Source of the DNA: Amoebophrya sp. A120
Taxonomy: Eukaryota > Protista > Dinoflagellata
DNA: 64,000 nt
Reading direction: 5' to 3'
Assembly: GCA_905178155.1 (NCBI GenBank)
Contig: CAJINV010000005.1
Location: forward strand, 1,576,438-1,640,437
A program made the position numbers and the translations under genes. How positions within the stretch are numbered: position 1 is the first letter of the stretch; every line of letters starts with the position of its first letter. Positions 47,836-58,762 of the stretch are shown one piece after another. The notes below the pieces were generated by a model. That model searched no databases and was not told where the DNA came from. It saw only the letters and a list, made by a program, of their open reading frames with translations.

Positions 47836-48428
47836 TTTGCTACAGCTACTGCTACGTACCTATCAAAAAGTATAAGTAGGACTATTAGCAGCTCTTTGTT
47901 TGTTTTACCCACGTCGTGTCCACGATGAAGTAGAGGTGTCAACTTTATGTAGGAGATGGCTTCGGCGATGACGTTCTTTTTTGTACGCTCTTCTTCTCCC
48001 TTTTTGCACTCAACACATCATCAGTATGCACTCCCTGTCCCTCTATCCAATAACGATGCCAAGTCCTCAAAGGTTTTCCTTGCATTTGTATGGTTAAAAA
48101 ATGCGAGGGGGGACACATCGACGACGACCAACAGCTAGAGATTTGCAAATTCGTCTGATCTGTGAGCAGTGTTCACAGTAGAAACCGCCGCAGGCAATTC
48201 TACGCTTGCGTCTAAAGTTCACGTCACAACTTAAGGAAAGCGTCTGTTTGCGGCGGGGGGAAGACGCTGAAACACCTTCACGGGGAAGAGTTCGCGACTC
48301 GTGAAGCCGTGTTTCAAAATGAAAATTAAATAGACGAACGACATTAGCATTAATACACAGTTAGCGACTTGCACTCCATTAAATCGATGGCGATCCCTCA
48401 ACAAGATACTTCTAAGACTAACTCTAGC

Positions 48429-51400
48429 TCATGCTGTCAGGTAAACCATGTCAGCCTCGATAATAATCTTTCTCTGTTCTACCATCCTGACCAAGCAGGC
48501 AACAGTCGTTCGGTCGTCAATATCAGTCTCGCTGCGTACCTTCTTTTTCAGCTCACTAAGGGGCACGTCGTATCTTTTCAACTCCGTGAACAGTCTGAAG
48601 ACCGTACGCTTGAAAGCCGTCAACGAAGCTTGATCCAATTCTTGTTCACGTTTTTCTTCTTCTGCCTTGCCCTCGTCTACTTCCCCGGATGATGATAATT
48701 CTGCTGCGTCGAAGGATCTGCTTCTTGCACTTGCACTGCTGGACAAAGAAATTGCGTCAGACTCACGCTTCCGCATGGGATCCAAAAACACCCGCTTCGC
48801 AGCTCTCCAGCACGAGGTTTCATGACCATCTTGCTCGTCGTCCATACTGATGTTCATCCTCCTGCGCTTGTTACTAATATTTCGAGACGCGGCGCCCGCG
48901 CCGGATAGCAACACAGGTCTTTTTTCAATTTTATCAACCGGCACCTCCTCGTCGTCGTCGTCGTCTACTTCAGCCACTACGAATCTGGTTCTCTCCGGAT
49001 CCAAATGCACAAATCCGTTTTCGATCAGAATTTCCTTCTGCTGCGCAATATGGATTGCAAAAATGTCTGGGTCTGGAAGAATTCATGTTTGTCATGCTTG
49101 TCTGGCGTGACTCTTAAGTCTGTCATGCGCGTTACCCTAGAGCTCCGTCTTTCTGTGATGCAGAAGCGCAGTTTGTCATGCAGAATAGGCAACACCTAGG
49201 AGCTCAGAAACTTGTCATGCTGAGCCAGCATGTGTAGCCTCATCATGAGACGACACCCAGCATCACAAGTTTCCAGACCCAGACATTTTTACATTTGATA
49301 CGCAAGTTCGCTGAGCGACTTCCCGAGCCGAGAATTGCTGATGGTGGTTTCCGCACGAATTCTGTCCTGCAAAAGATTCATGGGCACGACGTCGGTGTTG
49401 CGTTCCGCAAACACGCGAAACAGCGCAAGCCGCAAGTCGTACGCCGCCGTCGAGATTTGTGGCCCATCCGCTTCAGCATCTTTTTCTTGTTGAGTCGACA
49501 ATTTTTCTTTCGAAAACACAGACGGGGCTACGGCGATGAGCGCGCTTCCTCGCGTGGCGTTTTTTATCTTTCTCCCACTGCTGCCCCTCATGCTCGAATC
49601 CTCGCGGAAAAGCCCGAGAATGACACGGGCGTCCTCTGCGTCCCGCAATTCCGCAGCCTCTGCCCCGACTGCCCGTCCCTGCAATGCCAAAAACCGGGCG
49701 GACTCCTTGTAAGAGTCTTTTGTTAGTGCAGCACGCTCCGCCTCCTCCTCGAGGGCCGCGCGCTCGCGCTGGATGTCCGCCGTAGCGGCTACCCGCTCCG
49801 CTAAATAGGCAGCGATGGCCTTCCGCAGGGCGTGATTGGTACGCAGCGTCGTGAATTTCAGAGTCTTGCCCGTGATCGGCGACGTTTTGTTGCCCGTCCG
49901 GAACCACTCTGCGATGGCGCTCCGCTCGTAGGTGTGGCCGTCGTTTGTACAAACTGGGTCCTCCATCAATTCGTGCATGATCGGACACTTGAAATCATCT
50001 AAGATTGGGAACAGATCGTCCGCTTTAATTTCGCCATGATTTTTAACTAAGCCGCCCCCGCCCAGGAGACTGGTCGCGCGGCCAGAAGTCGTTGCGCTTC
50101 TTCCTCCAGCAGGACCACCGGCAGACACAGCTGCAGCGCTGTTCTTCGCTACTTCAGCAGCGAGCCTAGCATTTTCTTCTTCCAACTGCTTGACGCGGTC
50201 GCCCTGCTTAGCGTTTTCCTCCTCCAACTGCTTAATGCGCTTGCCCTGCTTCGTGCCTTCTATCTCCAACTGCTTAATGCGGTTGCCCTGTTTCGTGCCT
50301 TCCGTCTCCAGCTGCTTAATGCGGTTGCCCTTATTAGCGCATTCCTTCTGCAACTGCTTGATTCGGTCGCCCTGCTTTGCGCGTTCCTTTTCCAACTGCT
50401 TAGTGCGCCCGGCCTGCTCCGTAGTCATGCGCTGGTTGTTAGCTTTCATCTGCTGGATGCAGGCCTCTTTCTCCTGCCGCAGTTTCGTGCTCATATCGAG
50501 CTTCTGCTGCATCGTTCGCGTCTTTGTCAGTTCCACAATACGCATATGCTCGGCATTCTCATACTCGCGCGTCTTTTCTGAGACAGATTTCACTAAGCGG
50601 TTCTTCTCCATCGTCACGCGCGCGATCTCCGTCCGCAGATTTGTGTTTTGCTTATCCTGTGTCAGACTTCTAATACCATCTTCGGCTGCAGCCGCAGCTT
50701 CTATTTGGTGTAGTGAGCATGTTGTAGATGTATGAAGACTCCACCGTAGAAAAACCACGCGCAAGACTACAAGACAAACTATTTCTGCAGCACCTGGTGC
50801 TGCAATTTAGGCATGACAATCTGACTCTGAGGTGGACGATGGCAAGGTTAATACGCAAAGGATAATCCTGCGCCAAAGTTCTGATGACTGCAACCTGCTT
50901 CTGCGCTTGGCTCGGTTCCTGGTCAGTACCTGCATCGTGAACTTGTTTACAGTTTGCCCTAGCTCCGCCATGAAGCTGATCACCACGACGGGGTTCTGAT
51001 GTCTTTACGTCGGTGGCTGTCGCTTGATGTTTCTTGTGTAGCTGTGCAGGCGCTTCGCCAGCAGGTGCGGGTGCTCCCCCCGAGGCTTCTGCTACTTTTT
51101 TTCCGAACAAAGTCTGGGACGATACGAACGCGGTCTCCGTTACCCAACTGCGTTGCGGTCGTTGCCTGCGCAGCCTCGAGTTCTCTTCCGCGAGTTTGTC
51201 GATGCGGGCAGCCTGTTGCTCCACTTTATCAAATTCCGTGGCATTTTCCTCCACAAGCTTTGCGATACGAGCTGTCTGCTTTTTCACTTGGTTTTTTGCC
51301 TCAGCTTTCTCCTCCACAAGTTTTGCGTTCCTAGCGGTCTGCTGTTTCACTTGGTCCTCTGCCTCCGTCTTCTCCTCCGCGAGTTTTGCAATGCGTGCGT

Positions 51401-51728
51401 TTTGTTGTTCCGCTTGGCGGTTTGCCTCGTCCAGGCGCAAGTTGCGTAGGTGTATTTGTCGCCGGTATTCCTCGTGCAACTGCTTCACGTGTGCGCTGGC
51501 GCTTTCCTGGTGGCGCTTTAACTCTTCTTGCTGTCTTTGATGCTGCTGCTCCATCTTGTTCTTCAGTCTTGCTTTGTCCTCTTCCCATTGGCGAACCCGG
51601 GCTGCGTGATCCTGCTCCTGCCCGCCCTGAATGCAGTTGGCATGTTGACGAGGATGAGTCGGGTCATCATCATCAATCCGTGCGGGTTTGGCGGATGTAG
51701 CCCTCATCTCCATTATTGCGTCCTCCAA
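48429..51728 (-). CDS. Coiled-coil, U-box, two winged-helix protein, 3 exons
   Basis: U-box FKCPIMHELMEDPV..DGHTYER. ORFs 50670-51728, 49289-50764 and 48429-49010 are joined by an intron starting at 50864 (3' end ambiguous) and by 49044-49300. Confidence 0.8.
49044..49300 (-). mobile_element. Introner family B copy (element 49049-49300, perfect TSD TTGCG)
   Basis: ~30-bp TIR TAT(CAAATGT/GGATTGC)AAAAATGTCTGGGTCTGGAA. Join SELA|QQKEILIENGFVHL restores the WH domain. Confidence 0.92.
50175..50420 (-). repeat. 42-bp (14-aa) coding tandem repeat, ~6 copies
   Basis: KQGNRIKQLETEGT-type units. Confidence 0.8.
51180..51420 (-). repeat. 63-bp (21-aa) coding tandem repeat, ~4 copies
   Basis: QQNARIAKLAEEKTEAEDQVK-type units. 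Confidence 0.75.
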
Positions 51729-52418
51729 AACCGAAATACGCGCTCTTTAACTTGATTTTTATCTTGTTTGCAACACAACACGCTGGTGGTCGTGACGAGT
51801 TCAAAATCGAAGATAAAGATAATCAGATGAAAAGAGACGGACGACTCAAACTGTGTTGACAAACACACGTCAAGAAATAGATCGATGTCCGTGCGGGCCT
51901 CTACTCTTGAAGATCTCATAGAAGTTTTCACCGTAAAACTTTATTTCGCAGACACCTAGGGCTCAGACGCGATCATTTATCACTACTTTGGACGATCGAG
52001 CAACATGCTCATCTTCCTGGTGACGAACCGACAACTATTTCTACTTGTGAAAACGCATGATGTGGGTGGAAGCACAAGCGCGGGGCTCCAGTGGAGGGAG
52101 CGGTTCGTCACACTTACCAAAATCTTCAACACTTCAAGTCGAACAAGAAAATGCCGACGCCTCGTTGTGAGCACAAGCATTGGCTCTTTCGGATACAGAC
52201 GCATGCTCCAAGGACAACTGTCATTTGATTTTTTTCAAATGATTGAGCAACAGGATTATACCTATAACAGGCACAGCACTTCATCAGAACTGCAATTTTT
52301 TTCCCTAATGTAGATGTGGTCCTGCGACACTTTCACTTGGCTCTGTCCGGTTCTGGTATCCTGCTCGCCTTTTTAATTATCTTTGCAGTCAACATTTCAG
52401 CAAATAAAGCGACATCGC

Positions 52419-53771
52419 CTAGTAGACACTGTAGGCTGCGACCGTGCTCTTCAGATAAACTGCGTCATCGGCGATGACAATTTTTCCCTCCGACTGCAGT
52501 TTTCGTAAGCTCATGGATATCTCGTACTTGCTCAAGGTCGTATCGTCGCGTAGCCGTTGCTCGAGCCAGTATCGGTGAATCTCCTTGCTGGAAGCACAAT
52601 ACGAAGCGAGGTCAGCGTATATCCCAAAAAGCACAAGACGGCATGCTTCCAACGCCGCGTCAGTCGAATGAGCTTTATTGTGGCCGTGCTCAGCATTCGT
52701 AGTAGGTGCTAACAACCTCTTTACCTCGTAGGGGAAGTCACCGAAGGAATCTACCGCGTTAACGAACCGCTTCGCAATCCCTTCCGGTACTGCTCCTGAA
52801 GAAGAAGAAGAAGAAGATGATGCAGGCAAGGTAATACTGTACGACGTGGACGTGCAGGAGGCAGAGGCAGATTCTTGTTTCCGCTTATTGCTTTTCCCTG
52901 TCGTCGGCGACTCCAACAGCATCAAAGCGACTTTGCACATCTTCATCGACGCGACCGCGCATTTCTCTTCAAACTTTCTCCGGTCCGCCACTTCCACGAT
53001 GGCTGTAGCGCTTTCCCAGTCAAACCGTTTTTGCTCCTTCCAAAACCGACAGAACAGTCCGCTGTCCGCCAAAGCAGTGCGATCGTTCCAAAAGACTCGC
53101 AGCAGCGCGGGACTAATACTGCACTCGCGCTGCGCCGTTTGGTTCACAGCGGACAAATATGCAGACTCTCTTCCCAGCACACTTGTTCTTGTTTTCAACA
53201 GTCGCGAGATCAGAAGCAGGAAATCGCTCCACGACGCGTGATTGTCCGAATGTCTTCCGCCGGATGCGACGATGGCCTCCTGCCGGTCCAAAATGTATTG
53301 ATAGCGTTCGCAATCCAACTTCGAGCCCAGAAGCGCTGTTCCTGTTTTTATCTCTACTTCCTCTTCGTCCTCTTCCACATCAACTAGCACGCGCTGACGT
53401 CGAGACTCCTCGGCCTCCACTTCAATCTTTCGCACTTTGAGCGAAAGCACAGACGTGGCTTCCTTGTAGGAGTCAAGAACTTTCTGCATGTCCTGCTCGG
53501 CTTTCCGCTTCGTCGATGCTCGCAGAGCCCGATAGTTGGCGATGGCTTTCCTCAAAGCATGATTTGGAACCAGAACCGTGCTTGGCAACAACTTGCCGGT
53601 AAGCGGCGACGTGTCGTGTCCTCCGTCGAGCCAGCGCGAGATAGCGGTGCGCTCGTACGTGTGTCCATCGCTTGTAAAAACTGGATCGGTCATCAGTTCG
53701 TGCAAAATTGGACATTCAAATTCCGCAGGGACCACCGCTTCGTCTTCTGCTTCTTTCTTTGCGGACAACAT
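52419..53771 (-). CDS. U-box + winged-helix protein, intronless
   Basis: U-box FECPILHELMTDPV..DGHTYER..PNHALR. C-terminal SLRKLQSEGKIVIADDAVYL. Confidence 0.88.
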   Translation of the reverse strand: MLSAKKEAEDEAVVPAEFECPILHELMTDPVFTSDGHTYERTAISRWLDGGHDTSPLTGKLLPSTVLVPNHALRKAIANYRALRASTKRKAEQDMQKVLDSYKEATSVLSLKVRKIEVEAEESRRQRVLVDVEEDEEEVEIKTGTALLGSKLDCERYQYILDRQEAIVASGGRHSDNHASWSDFLLLISRLLKTRTSVLGRESAYLSAVNQTAQRECSISPALLRVFWNDRTALADSGLFCRFWKEQKRFDWESATAIVEVADRRKFEEKCAVASMKMCKVALMLLESPTTGKSNKRKQESASASCTSTSYSITLPASSSSSSSSGAVPEGIAKRFVNAVDSFGDFPYEVKRLLAPTTNAEHGHNKAHSTDAALEACRLVLFGIYADLASYCASSKEIHRYWLEQRLRDDTTLSKYEISMSLRKLQSEGKIVIADDAVYLKSTVAAYSVY

Positions 53772-54422
53772 TTTTTTTGTCGTCCTGTACCCTAACAACC
53801 CCTTCGGGCGGTTCCGTAATATCAAATTACTTATTAATTATGCGGCTGTAATGCTAGATTCAACACATGACAAGCAGAGGGACCATCTTTCTAAGTATCA
53901 TGCCCTCGCCCGTCAGCAAGAGTAGGTTTACCGTCGGGCCTACTTGCAAACCTCCAAGAATACTGCATATCGGTTTCGCGCATCTTGTTCTTTAGTGTTG
54001 GTCAGTCTTTGCTTCCTGTTTTTTAATGGTCTTTACTTTTGTTTAGCTCTAAACGAAAGACGATCACGAGAACGAAAGCGAAATTTGGTTCCAACTCACA
54101 ATGAATTTGCGTCGGGAGCGGGACGAATTCGACCATAAAAGTTCCATGTTGAACAAAAAAATGCTGAACACGTCAACGCTTCCCTTCTTTTGAATCCTAT
54201 TCGTAATCGCATTCGTAGTTGCCACTGCCAACACTGTTGGAATTACCATGGCGCACGGTAAAACCAATACCAAAGGCCGTCTTTATCGAAGGAGAAATAC
54301 GGAATTCAAATTTCTGTTCCACTTCTTACTTCTACTTCTTTAGCATCAATTACACGACAGCAAAGCTAGAGCTTCCTTATCCTCCGCCGTTAGCGTGGTC
54401 GTTACTTAGGAGACAACTATCA

Positions 54423-57400
54423 CTAGACACTAGTCTCTACTTTGACTTTGTAGTGCACACCGCTTTCTCTTTCCATCCGCTGAATTTTCTTTTCGAATTT
54501 TCGAGCGTAATTCGTCAAATATGTTTCCTGCTTCTCTACCGTTTTTTCAAACAGCGCCCCCATCTCCCCCAAAAGTCGCGCGACGGTATCGCGAATCATC
54601 CTCGTGTGCCGCAAATGCGCTTCCTGCATCAGAGATTTCGGCAATGCTGTAAGGCGGTGATTATTCGGGGAGCGGGAGAATGTCGGTGAAGAACCGGGTG
54701 ATGATGAACCATCCTTCTTGATCACTGAGGTTTTTGCAACCCCCGTGCCCGTTTCCACCTTCATCGTTTTTAGTGACAGTAACCTTCTCGCCACAATTTC
54801 CACTTGCGTCGCCAAGTAAAATCACGGTGAAAACAAGAAAGATCTCTTCTCTGGTATCACTTGTCTCGTTACGTCGCAACTTTTAGTTCTGTGGGGTTGG
54901 GTGGTCGTGCTGATCAATGTTGCGCAGGAACAGAATAAAAAAGACGGATACGGCAGTTTTCTGTGTCGTGCGGTGCCATGATTTTCTATCGTGGTTCTAA
55001 TTTCATCGTCGCATGCAAACTTTGCAAAAGCTAGTGAAGATGATTACGATCTAGCTCCTTTTCCAACTGTCATAGACAGTCCGCGTTCTCCAACGTTTCC
55101 TTGACCTCGTCAAAACAGGACTGCAACTCTTTCTTCAACTCTATCAACCCAATCCGCGGGTCCCCGACCCCTGCCAAGTCGAAAAACTTCCCGATCTTGA
55201 TCCACGGATCCGTCGGGTCGGGGGCGGGTTTCGTTTTCAAAAACGCTTTGCTGTTCGCGCGACTTACAGACTTTTTCCGTGTCAAGTTCTTGTTTTTGTC
55301 CCCCTCATCATCGTCGAACAGAACGCTTTCCGCATTCCCCGTTCCAGAAGCGTCCTCCTCGCCGGAAAAGTCGATATCGTCAACATCTAGGCTTGAAAAA
55401 TGCCGCTGCACGTCGTTGAACAACGCGGTCAGGCCCTCGGCGGAAAGCAATCCGTCAAAATCCACGTGCACGTCGTCAAATTCGTCGTCCAATGGATTGC
55501 AAATGTGTCTGGGTTTGGAAGAATACAAACTTGTGATGCGCATTTCAGAACACAGAAAAATCTCGCATGCATAGGTAGCAGAGGCTGCCCACTTTCTGAC
55601 AGCAAAGTGGGGGATTTGTCATGCGAATTCAGCACTGCGGAAGCTTCTCGAAACGTGTGATGCTAGATCTTCCATGCCAGACCTTCTGTGTCATGCACTT
55701 CCATGCCAGACCTTCTGTGAAACAACATGACTCTTCCAGACCCGGACATTTTTGCATTTGATACGTCCTCCAGAGCCTCCGCCGCGCCCGGGTCGGCTTC
55801 GATCTTTTCATCCGCTCTGCCGCCCAGTTTCTCCCCCAGGGGATCGGACTGCACCACTTCCGCCAACAATTCCTTGTCGAAAACGATATTATCCTTGCTG
55901 GTGCGCAGAAGCGTCGGGGGGGAGGTTTCATCTTGATCTTGCTCTCCTGGAGGTGCAATCGTGGTATTGTTTGCGTCTTTTGAAGCTCCTAAACCGTCGC
56001 CCCCACCGCCTGCGTCCAACTTTAACTTGCACAGAACCTTCGTCAACAAGGCCGCCCGCTTTAATTTTTCCGCGGCAGCCAATTTCACGCCCTCGACGTT
56101 CTCCCGCGCATCCTTCTCGAGCTTTTGCAGCACCGAGACTAATTTCTTCTTTTTCTGCATTTTTTCCTGCAGTTTCGCAACCCGGATTTTTTTCCCTTCC
56201 TCCTCTCTCTCCTTCTGCTGCTGCTTTTCTATTCGCGCCAGCAAATCCTCTTCAAACGCGAGACCTGCCGCCGCGAACTGGGAGAGCACACACTTCCGGA
56301 ATGCTTTCGTTAGATCCCGCGCCGCGCACGCAAACACCCCGTGCACCGCGGCGGTCTCTTCGCACGCCAGCATGCAGTGCGCACTGCAAAACAGGTTCGC
56401 GACCGTGTTTCGGAACTCCGGGGTCTGCCACGGCGGTTGGCTCGTGGTCTTCGTCGGTGGGTCGCTGGCTATATTTTTTCTTCCACTCGTTGGAGAAGAT
56501 CCACCAATTCCGCGTCGGGCCGGGGAGCACGCGGAAATCGACAGGGAACAGGAACTTGTAGAGGTGTTCGAGTCCGTTTTACCTTTATTGTTATTCGTGC
56601 TTCTCGTCGCCCGCATAATTGCTGGATCTGCTTCCTGTAAGTAGGCCGACCTCTCGGCCCGGTGGAGAAACGCCTGCAGGAAGTCCGTGAGTACGATCGA
56701 CTGCCGAACCGCGCCCTCTGCTATTCGCGTGTTTCGTAGTACACCTTCAACACAGCGGGGTCCCTGCTGGTCACTTCCTTTTACTCGTGACGGTGATCCT
56801 GCTCTGTCTCGCTCCTGTGTAGCAGTATCCTCTTCCACTTGCAGGTTGACCAGCTTTCGTGCGGCAGTATCCTATGGAAAGCTATCGCAGTCAAAAAAGA
56901 CTAACACTACGTTCGTTGCAAATACAAACGACCCGAGACTACTCTACACTACTCTAAATTCCTTAGCTGCCTCGAGATAACAAATTTTCATTGTGCAAAT
57001 TCTTATTTCTTGTATTCATCCGTACATAAATGGTAATGGCTGCGGTTCATCCACGATGTGCTAGTTCTACGATCTAGCTTCATCTGCAAGTACTTCTGGA
57101 TAGATCGCGGCGACGAGCAAGAGCATTTCCGAAATTTTCAGCGCCAGCCCGGGATTATCAACCACGTGGTGAAAGTGGATGGCGGTCTCCAATATCGAAG
57201 CAGGTTGTAGTTGTGATGATTCCGGAACAAGTTGTCTCGTGTCTGTCCCGATCGTGCCTGTCGTGTCTCCAACATGGGTCCTCAACAAAACGAACGTCTT
57301 CTGCGGATAACTGTCGGTGTGTCGTGAAAGTTGTCGCCATACAGCGTCGTCCGACGAGCGTATCTTTTTCATTAGCGAGGTTGGGTTACTACATCTAGTA

Positions 57401-57621
57401 CCTGGTGATGTAGTCGTCACACCTCCAAGTAGACCTCCTCTTTTCACTGTTTCTCTTCCGCGCCCGTCGTCGTCGTCCTGCAAAAGTTGCTGCGCTAGCA
57501 GCACGGTGAACATTTTCCCCAATTTTTCTTCGCAAATGCCCAACACCCCCTGGAGCCCGTCCGCGTCCTTCCGGGTCATGTAGTTTCCCGCAACTTTCGC
57601 CAGCTCCTCGCTATTATGCAT
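54423..57621 (-). CDS. Hypothetical multi-exon protein with coiled coil; further 5' exons likely up to ~58300
   Basis: ORFs 57067-57621, 55663-56838, 55070-55543 and 54423-54815 join in frame via introns 56863-57102, 55486-55763 and 54815-55074. Confidence 0.6.
54815..55074 (-). mobile_element. Degenerate TAT...ATT(+5) intron
   Basis: Imperfect TIR. In-frame join ENADC|LATQVEIV. Confidence 0.55.
55486..55763 (-). mobile_element. Introner family B copy (element 55491-55763, perfect TSD GGACG)
   Basis: Both termini match 49049-49300. Join EALED|DEFDDV. Confidence 0.9.
56863..57102 (-). mobile_element. Tentative TATCC...GGATA(+5) intron
   Basis: In-frame join LLVAAI|ARKLVNL. An AG acceptor is also available nearby. 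Confidence 0.45.
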
Positions 57622-58762
57622 TGCAAATACAGTATTGGCGCAGGCAGTAATAGTGGAAAATCGTACAAATTTGCTTAGGTAAGTGTGTCATGCAGACTCT
57701 GGCTCAAAAGCAATTTCTGTTTTTATTCGTGGTCCATACTTGACTGCAAAATCACTACGACTACGATGCAGCTTTTGCATTGCGTAGCAGTCGCCAGAGG
57801 CCGGAAGCCGGGTGACGTCCAGTAGCTGGGCGGACGCGCGACTGTCCGAGGCAGAAAGTTGCAACATTGCCTATAATCGCAAACGTGAGAAAGAGAAAGA
57901 CACTGACAGAAATAAAGACGCAGCTCGGCTCAAAAAATCTATGAAACCCTCGAGCTCGACCGCCGTTGCTTTCGTCTTTTGTCTGGCTGCAGGAACAACC
58001 GCCTTGATGGCTATTACTCAACCACCTCGTCTTTGCTATTCTTCTCGTCGCTCGTCTTCCACCTGATGCGCTGTGCATCATCATGATCCGCTCGATGAAA
58101 ATGTTCAACTACTCTTCTACACGCCTCTGCACAAGCATAGAAAACTTGCTACTTACATTTTTGGGTTATGATCAACGATACTGTCTCGACGAAGAGGCAG
58201 CAGGAGCAGGAACACTAGTGTTAGAAGTGTCGTCGTCGGAATGCCGGCTCCCCACTGACCGTCGTGGTGCGTGCCGTGTGGCACTCACAAAACCTGCACG
58301 TCCTCAAACTGCTACTAACTTTTTTTCGGATACAAGAACGGGGATGGGGAACAAGGGCTATTGCTATACTCTTGTTTTTGTACTTATTTGAATCGGAAGG
58401 GGAAAAAAGTAATGATGACACGTGGTCCACCATCGAAATAAAAATAATTGGGATCTTCTACCACAACATTTTCTTTGCGTGCTTAGTTGAGTTGAATGCA
58501 ATATGGCACGGCTAGCTGCAAATGTAAAACGCTGTAGATGGATGAACAGATATAGGGAATCAATGGAAAACAGCACGATCACGAAAAAATCGAAAAAAAA
58601 GGAAAAACAAGCTTGTCGAGCTTTTATCAATGTCAGCATCGATCACACACACACACTCTACATCGGGGAAAAAACTACATGCACGAAGGCCGCAGCTTTC
58701 TTTCAAGAACAAATACAAAATGAAAATGCTTTATCTGAGCCATATCTACGTATCGGTATCCG

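Noticed and set aside
50175-51420. Regular repeats as a CRISPR array
   Set aside because: They are coding heptad repeats with no unique spacers and no cas genes, in a eukaryotic context.
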